A stretch of 63,145 nucleotides of DNA, the filler included, from Octopus bimaculoides (taxonomy: Eukaryota), in assembly GCF_001194135.2 (NCBI RefSeq). It is 3 parts of 3 records of this genome, joined end to end, with 100 filler letters (N's around TTAATTAATTAA, not from the genome) between each part and the next. Parts side by side here need not be neighbours in the genome. Positions count along the whole stretch, not along the records: positions 1 to 21,611 come from NC_068981.1; 2 more parts are not named here. One strand, written 5' to 3'. The notes beneath the pieces were generated by a model that searched no databases, was not told the DNA's origin, and was given only the letters and a program-made list of their open reading frames with translations. The translations under genes were made by a program, and so were the position numbers. Positions 1-13,016 of the stretch are shown here, piece after piece; within the stretch, counting starts at the first letter, position 1, and each line of letters begins with the position of its first letter.

Positions 1-44
<44 letters not shown>

Positions 45-424
45 TATATATATAGTAATGAACATAAGATAACACAGGAAGGTCAAGTTATAACAAATGC
101 ATTAGTTATGTGCGTATCTATCTATCTATATACATTTGTATATGCATATACACCTATATCCACGCATACATATCTAACAATTCATCTATTCCATGTATTT
201 TTCCGCATGCCTATGTGTGTGTAAATATATACTTACACATGTAGGTATGCCTAAATTCGTCGAATAAAGCCGAGTATAAATGAAAACTCATATAACTCTA
301 TATATGCATACATATATCATAACTATGTATGTATATATGTATATATGTATGTATGTATATATGTATAAGTATACATACATGTCTATGTGTATAAGAATAT
401 ATCTACAGCTATGTATGTATGTAT

Positions 425-505
<81 letters not shown>
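425..505. repeat. (AGAT)n microsatellite
   Basis: Direct reading; (TA)n also at 1-52. Confidence 0.98.
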
Positions 506-506
<1 letters not shown>

Positions 507-1086
507 GCGTTCGTTTTATTGTGAAGACTCTTCACTTTAATACACAACTTGTTTATTGTATTACGCGAGATGCTGAATGGAAAAAAATACATTTTGAGAA
601 AAAGGAGGGGTTTATTATTTTTGTTTTGGTTTATTTTATAATTTTTATTTGTGTTTTTTTTTCCTCTTCAAGTCATTGATGTTGTTTATGAAACGTTGTT
701 GACTTAGTAAAGCATATTTTTTTTTTACTCTTGAAGCCAATATCAGTTGCTTTGAAATTTTAAACACCGTCTTTGCTTTCTACCTTAGTCATCCGTTATA
801 TACGTACATAAGTTCATATACATAGATATATACATATATATATAATATATATTATTATACNNNNNNNNNNNNNNNNNNNNNNNNNNNNNNNNNNNNNNNN
901 NNNNNNNNNNNNNNNNNNNNNNNNNNNNNNNNNNNNNNNNNNNNNNNNNNNNNNNNNNNNNNNNNNNNNNNNNNNNNNNNNNNNNNNNNNNNNNNNNNNN
1001 NNNNNNNNNNNNNNNNNNNNNNNNNNNNNNNNNNNNNNNNNNNNNNNNNNNNNNNNNNNNNNNNNNNNNNNNNNNNNNNNNNNNNN

Positions 1087-1124
<38 letters not shown>

Positions 1125-3550
1125 TCACATATACATACACTCACATATACATACATATATGCATATATATATATATATTTCGTAAATATGTATATGCACG
1201 TGTGTATGCGTATGTATTTCTCTCTCTGCTTCTGTATCTGTCTATCTTTATAACAGTATTATTTAGTTTAACAGGAAGTTGTTTCCTTCAAATTTCAGCT
1301 AACTCTTTCCCGTAATATTAGTTATCATCCGCATTATTACTACATATCAATGTACTTCTTTATTTACTTAGCTATTACCTCTTCTTATTCTTATTCTTAT
1401 TATTGTTCGCCACCTGTTTTCAATCGTTTTATGCGCATTTTCATTGCAGTACCGGGTGCACTTCCGTGCACCTGATTTCTGAGCTACATTGTCTTTTAAA
1501 GATATATATATGTTTGCTTCTATGCATTCATTCATCAGTTACGCTTTGTTCTGGTCTTGCTCTTTATTTTTTTTTCATTTTGTTAGGTGTTACTTTTCAC
1601 TGTTTGTTGTCTTGTGTAATTTATGTACAATCTACGTTACATTACATTCGGTGGTGGCGGCGCTTTTCTATTTCTTGCTTCTGTTTGTTGTGTACTGTGT
1701 GGTTGGCATTAGGAGTTTTGTGTGCGTACCTGTGTGTGTGTGTATGTTTGTGTGTGAGAGAGAGAGATTCTGTGCTTGTCTAGATTGTTGTGTTACTGAG
1801 CGGCAGCTGTGAGGAATGGTAGTTGTTAGTCCATGGTGTTATAGTGTTGGATATCGAACATATAACAGTATACGTTGAATTACTCCATTTTGTATTGATT
1901 ACATAGCATATATCCCAGCTTAGTCAACAACTCGCAGGCTGAAATAGGTAAAAGTGTGAAAAAGTAAATATTCTTTCATAAAGTTTGGAGACGATTCTGT
2001 AGTTCATATGTTGTGTGAATTATTGTTTTTATTGAATGGCTATTATAATTGAATATACGCTGTGCGGAGAGAGTGTAATGTCTGAGTTATGTTAATAAAT
2101 TGGAAATCACTCACCAAGGATCTGATGTGTACCTAGAATGTCTGCTTTCTAATCTGTCAGGAATATTGTGAGCACTGGTCTCGTTTTCAAATTTTTCTTC
2201 AAACATTTTATTTATTTGTTTTTGTTTTGTTTTTTTTTGCATACTTAATACTCCAATTATTATCGATCATATTTTTACTTTTATACCTTCTCCCTTACTT
2301 CTAATTAATTTAAGGTCTACGTTTCCTTAGAATATATGCTACCGATACTTTTTCCCCCTTTTCTTGATTCTGTGGTGTCATTTCTGCTTCTCTCCACTTG
2401 GATCCCTGTTTTTTCAGCTCTACCCCAGTTATCCCACCTTAAATGCTTTGTGCTCTGGGGAGGAGGCGTTCATATCCCAAATCTTTTGGTTTTGAATTTG
2501 TGGGGAGGGGGCAGCGTTTTTCTAAGTAATTTTATTGGCCCTACTCAAACCCATTTTTTTTTTATCTCTGGGAAGAGGTGTTCCATAATAGTCCGGGTTC
2601 TATCCCAAGGCCTTGTACAGCATGGCAGATTCTAACAGAAGCTTGTACTCCACTAGCATAGCTCTTAGTTTCACTGAGACACAAAAGCAACTATACTTCA
2701 ACAAGTACGGAATCTTATGGTTACATACTCCACCACATCCAGTCTATTTCAATGTCAGTTCTTTGAAAGTTTTCTTCACCTCCTTCCGAGCCATGTTTTG
2801 ATCAGAAGGTATCAGATCTTTATCAGAATTTGGATATTTCTGCTCCGCTCTTTATTAATGAAATCAGCAGAGATCGCCTTGATCTTGTAAGTCTGGACAG
2901 GAATATCTCAGATGATTGTTGCTACAACATTGATCTAAACAGTATTTGATACAAGCTTATACCACTTTTCTCCGCTTTCACACTTAAACACATACACACA
3001 CGCGAGCACACACACACACATACTCATTCACACACACACACTCATTCACACACACACTCATTCACACACACAGGCACACGAACACACATATTGACCTACA
3101 CTGACACTTGTTGGTCGGCTGATTTATTATGGCTAGTCTAAAGAACTTACCGTGTACTAGACGCACCACAAGTAGATTTAACTCTCACTTGTAAGTAACC
3201 TTCCTGCAGTTTCTACATTACAGCAGAGCATACATTCATCTTAAAGAAGTAGTTCTATGACGAAACGCAACAGCTATTAGCATATTCACGTTCGAATTTT
3301 CCGAAATGCATTCAGAATAAATAGTGCAAGTCATCGTTTTGTTTCTTGCCGTTCACTATGCGCATGACGATTTAATATCAGTTGGCAGGCATTAGCACTT
3401 ATCAGGAAACAATTTGTTTGTTGAAGTTATAAACAACAGCTACGAAATTTTTGTTATAATCTTTAGTCTGAGGTTCCTTTGGCAGACAAGACACAACTAT
3501 GTTGAAACAAGGTGTTCCAGAGGCCCCTTACGCTAATTAGTGAAGTGGAC

Positions 3551-3808
3551 GATCTTACGTTACCAGTTCCAAATCTGTCACTTAAACCACGTGTGTTTAT
3601 TAACATCACATCGGCCTTTTCCGTAAAATGGAAAAGGCCGATGTGTTAGGGTTAGAGTTACAGTTACGGTTACGGTTAGGGTTACGGTTAGAGTTAGGGA
3701 CGGAATTCCCTAACCCTAACCCTAAAACCCGTTTACGGAAAAGGCCGATGTGATGTAAATAAACACACGTGATTTAAGTGACAGGTTTGGAACTGGTAAC
3801 GTAAGATC
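3551..3808. mobile_element. Fold-back (MITE-like) element with 77-bp TIRs and telomeric-repeat core
   Basis: Arms 3551-3627 and 3732-3808 match at 74/77. GAC flanks both ends. Core has nine TTAGGG-like hexamers then three CCCTAA. Confidence 0.85.
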
Positions 3809-4600
3809 GACATGAAATGAGTCTGTCGCGAACACACATTTGTCTTAAAGTAGAAGCTGTGTGTTCTCTAATGATGAAACATACCAGATATTAATACACC
3901 CCCGTTCGTATCTACCGAAACGTATTAAGAAGAAATATCCAAATTATCGATTTGTTTCTCGCTGTTGACTGTGCTAAGGTGCATTGGGACTGAACCTGGA
4001 ACCACATGGTTGGGAAGCAAGGTTTTTACCACACAGCTATTTTTATTTACAGAAATTTTCTATTTACTCCAATCACCGTCATTTTGTGCGGACAAGATAT
4101 ATTTCTATCAACTTTGTAGGCTCTCAGATATCTATTAGTAGCTTCCTTTTATTTTCTTTCTATCTAAGATCTTCAATTTACTTAGAGCTTATATTGAAAC
4201 TGTAGTTTATAAATTGGATGGCTAGTAGTTAATAGCAAATGCCTTATTTCTGGGATTGAATTCAGTCTTAACTGTTAGTTTGAAGATTCCGTTGCAACTT
4301 TTTCTAATTTTATTCTTCATTTACGCACGTTATATCTTATCAGTTTCCTTTGCTCCAACGTATTCGTATTGTTGGGTCTGGTCTAATTTTCTAATTTCGA
4401 TGTCAGTCTCAAGTTTAATGTTCTAAATTTTAGCTATGTGCAGACGATTATGTTTGTGGCATTTGTTTCGGATCTTTACGTTCTCAGTTCAAATGTTGTC
4501 AGAGTAAAAATTTACATTTCATCCTTTCTGGCTCAAATACTGGGGTCGATGGTATCGACTAAATATCAGAATTACTGACCTTGTGCCAGAAATAGAAAGG

Positions 4601-4659
<59 letters not shown>

Positions 4660-4681
4660 CATCATTATCATTATTATTATT
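4601..4681. repeat. (ATT)n microsatellite
   Basis: Direct reading. Confidence 0.98.
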
Positions 4682-4966
4682 CAGCAGTTTTATTTTTATA
4701 ACGTGCTTTCACTTCACTACCGAGCGCGGCTCTGTGCGCCTTGGGTATGTGCCGTGGTTTGCTGTGATGCTCTTATGGTTACTGTATTGAAAGTGTTTTG
4801 CGTAGGATGTGTGCAGTGCTCAGTAGTGCAATTTTTTGCATGTTATATATATTTGTAAGTCCTAGTGTTTTTGTTATGTATTTGTCTGAATATTTTTTTT
4901 ATTATACCTAAGGCACCTACTATGATAGGAATTGTTTCTGTTTTTAGATTGTAGTAGTAGTATAGT

Positions 4967-5169
4967 GGCAAGCTGCCAGAATCGTTAGCACGCCGGCCAA
5001 AATGCTTAGCGGCATTTCGTCTTTACGTTCTGAGTTCAAATTCCGCTGAAGTCGACTTTACCTTTCAGCCTTTAGACGTCGATAAAATAAGTACCAGTTG
5101 ATGACTGAGGTCGATGTAATCGATTTACTCCCTCCCCCGAAATTGCTGACCTTGTGCCAAAATTTGAAA
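4967..5169 (+). mobile_element. SINE family B (GTTAGCAC..TTCTGAGTTCAAATTCCGC..GTCGAC..AAGTACCAG..CCTTGTGCC)
   Basis: About 200 bp with a GAGTTCAAA B-box-like motif; at least 8 homologous copies in this window. Confidence 0.85.
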
Positions 5170-5638
5170 TAATTATTGTTGTTTTTGTTAATACTGATGA
5201 GGCTCTCCACGAGTGCGAAGACCGATATATTGATGTTGGATTTGAGAAACTGAAGTTTGAATACTGCGAGCTAAAAAACGCGTAAAATTGAACGCTGTTT
5301 TCGGGGTGAGATCGTGATTACTTGGGGATTGTTTAATGTGGCCTTAAATATTAACCACAGTAGGGATGATGACATGGGAGGGGAAGAGACTGATAAGTTT
5401 GGGCCGACGTAACGCAAATATTTGCAATTCAGGGGTAGCAGAAGAAATAGTTGTAGGAAAAATACCGAGAGAAGGTACAGCACATCCCTTAAACAGTGGC
5501 TTGGAGAATAACTCACTATCAATCAATAAAAATTACTTTCATTTTTACAATTCCTGGACTATTGTTATTTTTGTTGTTACCATTGATGGTGAGAAAGATG
5601 ATGACGATGTTGGTATTGAGCCCAGTGAAGGGAGTCTA

Positions 5639-5852
5639 GGACATTTACAACCCCCCATGGACAATAAACCCCCCCAAGGGCAATTACACCTGAGGACAAC
5701 AGATGATGATTTAAAACTTCTTGATATATTACAGAGGGGGTAATTAACCAAGGGTGTAGTAATTGTCCAAGGGGATAGTTGTCGTCGGGAGGAATTTTCC
5801 TATGGAGGTAATTGTCTTCAGGGGGTAATTGTCTTCGTGGGGTAATTGGCCT
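5639..5852. mobile_element. MITE-like element with inverted arrays of GGACAATTACCCC / GGGGTAATTGTCC motifs
   Basis: Left half has several degenerate GGACAATT(A)CCCC motifs; right half has their reverse complements GGGGTAATTGTC. Confidence 0.55.
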
Positions 5853-6887
5853 GATACGCAGTGAAGGTAAACCCATTATTAAAGATGATCCAGTTATAAA
5901 CCATCTTGTATTTCTTTTATATAGTTTTGATTTCATTATTGAATGTGTTGTTCCTTGTTTCAGACAGTATGTGTGATTTTGAAGAATTATTGGGCTGTTC
6001 ATTCTGAGCAGATCATGTGACCCTGTAAGTGGCTCAGATCTTTTATTTGAACTTAAATGGTTTGCTTGCGTGGTAGCATATCAGTAGTCATGTTATGTAA
6101 GTTGCACATATACCTTAAAGAGATCACAATCTGTACAGAGGAACAGTATTCTACACTGAAAATAACCATACAAAATGTTTGTTGAAATATTTTGTCTATT
6201 CGTGAGAAACAAAATTCTGTGGCGGGGACAAGCTGTGAAGCATTGACTCAAAGTCAATCTGTGATTCTTGTTGAAAGAATAGAATCAATAAAATAAAGTT
6301 CTTCCAGACATAGTGAAATTGTTTAAGTCTTGCCTAAATGTCTGAGATGAGTTATTGATAATACGATTATAATTCTTTGGACTATTAACCTTGTCTACAG
6401 AGATAAAACATTTTTTTATTAATTATATCTAAACTGTATTTTAATCCTTTTGATCTCAAGTTGTCACTTGTTATTTATTCTCGGATGTTTGCAGTGTGTC
6501 GAACTAGACACTAAGGAGGAACGTTTATTTATAAACACGATTACATCGTTCAAATCTTGTACGACACATTGTATGTATCCTAAATGGGACACATGATCAT
6601 GATCGAAGATCAAACCAATCGAGAAGTAGTTTAGACGTAAATATTTCAAACAAAAATGCCGGTCCCTATAAGTATGTTCACAATGCCTCATATACGGGTT
6701 CTTTAACTATAGTCAGCAATCACAGTTTTGATGAATTATGCGGTTGGATTGTTGGTCCCACTCTAAGCTGTAGATCGAATGCGGTTAGTGATTCGCTGAT
6801 ATCCCTTCACTGAATATTCGAAGCAAAGACCAACAAAATAAATCTAGGAGTTAAAAAAGCTAATAAATAGAGATGCATAAATTAAAA

Positions 6888-6935
<48 letters not shown>

Positions 6936-7376
6936 NNNNNNNNNNNNNNNNNNNNNNNNNNNNNNNNNNNNNNNNNNNNNNNNNNNNNNNNNNNNNNNNN
7001 NNNNNNNNNNNNNNNNNNNNNNNNNNNNNNNNNNNNNNNNNNNNNNNNNNNNNNNNNNNNNNNNNNNNNNNNNNNNNNNNNNNNNNNNNNNNNNNNNNNN
7101 NNNNNNNNNNNNNNNNNNNNNNNNNNNNNNNNNNNNNNNNNNNNNNNNNNNNNNNNNNNNNNNNNNNNNNNNNNNNNNNNNNNNNNNNNNNNNNNNNNNN
7201 NNNNNNNNNNNNNNNNNNNNNNNNNNNNNNNNNNNNNNNNNNNNNNNNNNNNNNNNNNNNNNNNNNNNNNNNNNNNNNNNNNNNNNNNNNNNNNNNNNNN
7301 NNNNNNNNNNNNNNNNNNNNNNNNNNNNNNNNNNNNNNNNNNNNNNNNNNNNNNNNNNNNNNNNNNNNNNNNNNNN

Positions 7377-7490
7377 TCTACTATAGCCTCGGGCCAACCA
7401 AATCCTTGTGAGTGGATTTAGTAGACGGAAACTTAAAGAAACCCGTTGTGTATATATACATATGTGTGTGTGTGTGTGTGTGTATGTGTG

Positions 7491-7522
<32 letters not shown>

Positions 7523-7764
7523 TGTGTGTATGTATGTATGTATGTATGTATATATGTATGTACATATTTGTGTGTTTGTCCCCCTACCATCACTTGACAG
7601 CCGATGTTGGTGTGCTTACGTACCTGTAACTCAGAGGTTCGGCAAAAGTAACCGATAGAATAAGTTCCAGACTTACAAAGAATAAGTCCTGGGGTCGATT
7701 TCTCCGATTAAAAGGCGGTGCTCCAGCATAGCCACAGTCAAATGACTGAAACAAGTAAAAGAGT
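7377..7764 (+). mobile_element. SINE family A (tRNA-like head, GTGAGTGGATTTGGTAGACGGAAAC core, internal microsatellite), 5' end in gap
   Basis: Core motif, internal (GT)/(GTGC)/(GTAT) tract and AATGACTGAAACAAGTAAAAGA tail; homologous pieces occur at 43021, 62328 and 62957. Confidence 0.85.
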
Positions 7765-7778
7765 AAACGAATAAAAGA

Positions 7779-7831
<53 letters not shown>

Positions 7832-9927
7832 CAGATAGACAGATAACTAAACAAGTGACAGAAGCAGTATTAATACCAAAAGGTAAAGTTTATCCCACTT
7901 AAAAGCAGATGTGTTAGAATACAGAATACTGCGATATTTACCTAGAGAACATTTCTCATATCGTCTAGGGGTGCATATGAGTACTCTTGCTCACACCTCT
8001 AGTGGGGGGGTCAATCACCGCCATCCTCGATGCCAGGACTACCAAATCACATAATTTCGGCCTTTTTTGGCCTTGTTATTAGTAGTTACCTGACTGCTGG
8101 AAATTGTAATAACCGTCCAATCAGCAATATTGAATCAAACCTTTAAACGTTGCTTCGCAATCAGTTTTTTTGTTTCGATACAACCGCATAGCGTCAAGAG
8201 AAAGTGTATTTCAATCTTGGGTCGATCCAACCTTTGTGAGTGAAACTGAATTGATGGAAACTATGTGGAAGCTAATCGAATGGACTGTTCCTGTTTTACG
8301 AAAGGCCAGCGTTGCGACAAACTACGTTAAGAATTATGTTAAGATTATATGTCCCTGCGGAATACTCACTCACTTGTACTTTTATTTAATTACTTGTTCG
8401 GATGATCGATCGACTGGATGTTTGTTATAGGAAGAGACGAAAAACCGATTATATAAAAGTACTTTGTCAAATGTATCTTTCCCTTTGATGGCGTGGTGGG
8501 AATTGCTGTTATCTCTAGCACATCAAATCACCGTATGCTGTTTCCATTATTTTGTAGTTGATTAGATGACTGGTTTTGTTCTGTGTCCAATGAATAACCA
8601 GAATATAAGAGATCTTTATATTGTTCCTTTATAAAGTAACTGATTACTATTTCGCGGGGGTGATTTGTATGTAAGAATGGTTTACTCTCCGGGTTTTACT
8701 TTGTATTCCAATAACAAACATATTGTTGTTACTGGCAGTATTAATATGACGGAAATAGCCATGTCAGTATTTCATAAATTCCTGGATAATTACACGCATT
8801 TTAACAAGACATAGTGAAAGTTGTCAATTCTAGGAGGAGACAACCCACTGCTAGACGTCTCTATAGTACTAGATAAGCCTATTGTTATGTTAGAATATAT
8901 TTGCATATTATCATGTAGCCTGTTTACTTGCTTTCTCTTCTTTTTTCGTTCTATCCTCTTTCCTTACATTTTTCTTGTTTTATAACTTGATTCCATATAT
9001 GTTCCCATTATACCTCAATTTCTTTTTTTCTCTTAGTGTGATAATACTTTTTTTATATTAGTGTTACGATAGCTATTGTAAATTTTATGTCCAAAGCATA
9101 TTTACGTTTTTTCACAATGTTTAGTTGTATTTATTATTTATTTTCAGGTGTTATTTATTTAACCTTATCTTGCAAATCTTCCCGTTGTTCCATTGTGTTG
9201 TTTTGTATTGGGACCACTTCTATTTGGTGTGTTACACTTGTTAAATTTTTTTCTGTGCGGTCATCTTTATTTTCTTTTTATGCAATATGTTGTTTTCAGA
9301 AAATGCTTTTACTTCATCTGAATATTGCTTCTGTGAAAGCTTATCTGATCTGTAGATTCATTTCGAATTTTTGTTATTTTCTTCCTATCTGTGTTTTGTG
9401 TTGTTTGAGGCACTCGTTCTGTTTGTGTCTTCTGTTGTTTTATTTTCATTGTGATATGAAGGCTGGTCCTTTGTGTGTTCAGTCAGTTTTAATGTTCAGT
9501 GTGTAGTTTTTGCAAATCATTAGTTTAGACAATTTAAGGTCCTCACTCACAAGAAATTTCCATCCAATCATCAAAAGCTGTTTTCCGCCGTTTTAATGCA
9601 CAGAAATTTCCTGAATGTCTGTGAGGAATTAATGGAAGTTATTGCGCACTGAATGCTGTAGAAGTGAATTTAAATAGTTGAATTCCACTAATGTCACATA
9701 GTTAACAAAGATTCATAACATGGAAACACGACTACACATTCTTTTGGAGAAAGGAAAAAAAGTCGATTAAATAGATTCAATATTTGACTGAACTCTAAAA
9801 AGACGATAGAGGGTAAGTCGACCTCTGAAGGACTGCAACGCAGAAAATAAGTTAATACTACGGAACATTTTCTCTAGTCGTCTATCAATTCTGCTTATTC
9901 AGCGTCTTTCGGGTATCTAACAATGGT

Positions 9928-10127
9928 TTTCGGATTTAGGTACAAGGCCAGTAATTTTTTCAAGAAGGAGAAGTAGTCATCACGATCGACCGTAGTCCTT
10001 TAACACATCCTTCATTTTATCAAAGCCGGAAGGATAAATAGCAGAGTTGATCACGGTGATATTTGAACTCGGAACGTAAAGAGCCAGAAAAAATACCCTA
10101 AAGCATTTTCTCTGCCAGCTCGTCGCC
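9928..10127 (-). mobile_element. SINE family B, diverged copy
   Basis: Reverse-complement similarity to 4967-5169 (TTTGAACTCGGAACGTAAAGA, TACAAGGCC). Confidence 0.7.
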
Positions 10128-11362
10128 TCTTCCACATATTTAATAATAGTTTCTGATTTAAACACAAATTAAATTAAAGTAAGTTTTGTTTCTTTTCGTA
10201 AAATGTTTTCTTTTCTGTTTATTATTTTTCATTGATGTTATTTCTACAAGTTATTTCATCTCCTAGGTTTATCACTTCAGCTTTGTCGAGTCCAATTTCA
10301 ATAAATTTACTACACTCCTGAGTTTAATGCAAGACTAATACTTCAGATTAGTATTAGTCTACATTTACTAGACTAATTAGTATTAGTCTACATTTACTAG
10401 ACTAATGCTTCAGATTTCAGATAGCCAAATCTCAGAAAAATAGCAAAAGATATGCTTCTGGGAGTTATTAGACTGTGTAAAACTGCTAATATTTCACTAA
10501 AATGTGGCTATTATCTTTGTGTAGTTGGGTATTGTTAATCTACCTTTTCCAGCATTTTTTGCGTTTTTCTCAAAATGACATTTCTGACTATGAGTAGCAA
10601 TCTTTAGGTCACGATATCTCCGAGAATAATTGATGTAATAAGCTGACATTTTGCATTAGTTTGATACCTGCTTAGATGTCGTTCTAGTGTGATTAGATAC
10701 ACTTTATTTGTTCATCTTCCAGAGACACTTTAATATTACTATCCAAGGGTCAAAAACGCTTGAACTGGTGCATATGGCTATGAGCAATTCCACAACGAAA
10801 TGTAGGCCAACTTCATCAATGTCTTTGATTCAGCATCTAGTCTGTACTCCAATCTGTTGGCATTCCAAGTCAGAGCATTTTATTTTTGATAGTTTGACAG
10901 AAAATTTGACCTAAAATAAAGGTGTGTTGCCTTGTCGGTCACTTTGAATTTATAAGTAGGTCATAAATAATGTAGAAATTTGAATATTGTTTTTTCTTTT
11001 TCTTTTTGTTTTTTTTTATAGAACTAACATTGTTCTTGGTGTATGCTATATTTGGTTTGCCTGGATTTAATTCCCGCTGAGTGAGAACATCTTCAAATTA
11101 AAATCAGACATTCTACATCAACTTCATTGGGACGTGGCAAAGAAGGAACATCTAATGGATCGCTAGAATTGCTAGAAAGAGCAGCCTAATTATTTTTAAT
11201 ATCTCATATTACTGTCTTTAAAAGGAGACGGATTACACGGGATAATGAAGTCTTAGACATACCATCTGTGTTGATCATGTGTGGTAGACATTGCTGGAAT
11301 GCATTTGACCATAGGTCTGCTTGTTCAGACTTTATATGGGTTTTTTTTAATATATATTTTCA

Positions 11363-11573
11363 AGGCAGCAAACTGGTAGAATTGTTAGCACGATGAGGAA
11401 AATGCTTAGTGACATTTCGTCCGTCTTTATATTCTGAGTTCAAATTCTGCCAAGGTCGACTTTGCTTTTCATCCTTTCGGGGTCGATAAAATAAGTACCA
11501 CTTGAGCGCAGGAGTCGATGTAATTGACTTATCCCCTTCCCCGGAATTGCTGGCCTTGTGCCAAATTTGAAAC
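11363..11573 (+). mobile_element. SINE family B
   Basis: Full-length similarity to 4967-5169. Confidence 0.85.
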
Positions 11574-12305
11574 AAATATTATCATTCGTTTTCTCAATAG
11601 GGAAAGTATGTCATGTGGTGGGCATTTAGGTGCTATTTCTACCAGATCATGAAACTGCCATGGATCGATACAATGGAACCTATGCTACACAGAAGTGGTT
11701 CCCATGCACCTATCTTAAAGCCACGAAACTAATGTTCAAACATTCGTTCAATGTCCAGAGAGCGCTGGCTTGTAGAGTTTCGTCAATGAGCTGTCGTCAT
11801 ATGTAGGACAAATCTAACCAATCTACTTGTAGAGGAAGCTGAGGGTGGGGACGTATGTGGATTCTCTTCCTCCCCCAGTAAACTTTCTAAACGCTGAATG
11901 ACGGTAGTGAATATGGCCAGAGTTAATGAACCTCTTTTCAACATATACGCGTAAGCCAAGGAACATCTGGAAAAGGTACCCTGCCATCAGGAAGAAGGAT
12001 AATAATAATTCCTTGCTATATCTCATAATCCATTGCTTGGTGATTATGATGATTGTGGATCCATTTCCGTTAGAGGCTTGGATGGCTTAAACGATAATAT
12101 CCTGAGTTTTAACAATTAAACAGTCAGTTCAAATTCAATCACTTCAAGCTTGCTTTCCATCCCTTTGGGGTAGATATTCAAGTACTGAGATAAATTAAAA
12201 TCTGTTAACAATAATAATAATAATAATAATAATAATGATAATTTCATTTATTTGCCGCAAGTGTAAAGGATGAAGGGGACAATGCAAAGACAGATAATCA
12301 TAATA

Positions 12306-12514
12306 ATTCTTTCCACTATAGGCACAACGCCTGAAATTTTGGGGGAAGGGATTAGTCGGGGTTACATCGACCCCAGTGATCATCAAGTACTTATTTTATT
12401 GACCCCAAACAATGAAAGGCAAAGTCGACCTCGGTGGAATTTGAACTCAGAACGTAAAGACAAACGAAATACCGTTAAACATTTTGTCCAGCGTGCTAAC
12501 GATTCTGCCAACCT
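12306..12514 (-). mobile_element. SINE family B
   Basis: Reverse-complement match, flanked by (AAT)n. Confidence 0.85.
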
Positions 12515-12516
12515 TA

Positions 12517-12517
<1 letters not shown>

Positions 12518-12598
<81 letters not shown>

Positions 12599-12634
12599 TA
12601 ATAATAATGATTTTGACCGGCATGCTAACGATTC

Positions 12635-12688
<54 letters not shown>

Positions 12689-12940
12689 CCTTTCTACTAA
12701 AGCACAAGGCCCAAAATTTTGGGGGAGGTGGGGCTAGTCGATTACATCGACCCCTCTGTTTCAATGGTACTTAATTTATCGACTCCTGAAAGGATGAAAG
12801 TCGACCTCGATGGCATTTGGACCCAGAACGCAGCAACGGACGAAGTGCCGCTAAGCATTTTATCCGGTGCGCTAACAATTCTGCTAACTCACCGCCTTAC
12901 TACTACTACTAATAATAATAATAATGATAATGATAATAAC

Positions 12941-13015
<75 letters not shown>
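12518..13015. repeat. (AAT)n tracts interleaved with SINEs
   Basis: Tracts at 12518-12610, 12635-12688 and 12909-13015. Confidence 0.97.
12688..12898 (-). mobile_element. SINE family B
   Basis: Reverse-complement match, flanked by (AAT)n. Confidence 0.85.

Positions 13016-13016
<1 letters not shown>

Noticed and set aside
3646-3725. Ancestral chromosome end-to-end fusion site
   Set aside because: The array is only 80 bp and sits inside matched 77-bp TIRs, so it is better explained as part of a mobile fold-back element.
5366-5743. 125-aa ORF
   Set aside because: Runs into the inverted-array repeat; no recognisable domain or splice support.
6464-6691. 75-aa minus ORF and a possible plus-strand exon after TTGCAG
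   Set aside because: No recognisable motif; the plus frame stops after 33 codons without a good donor.
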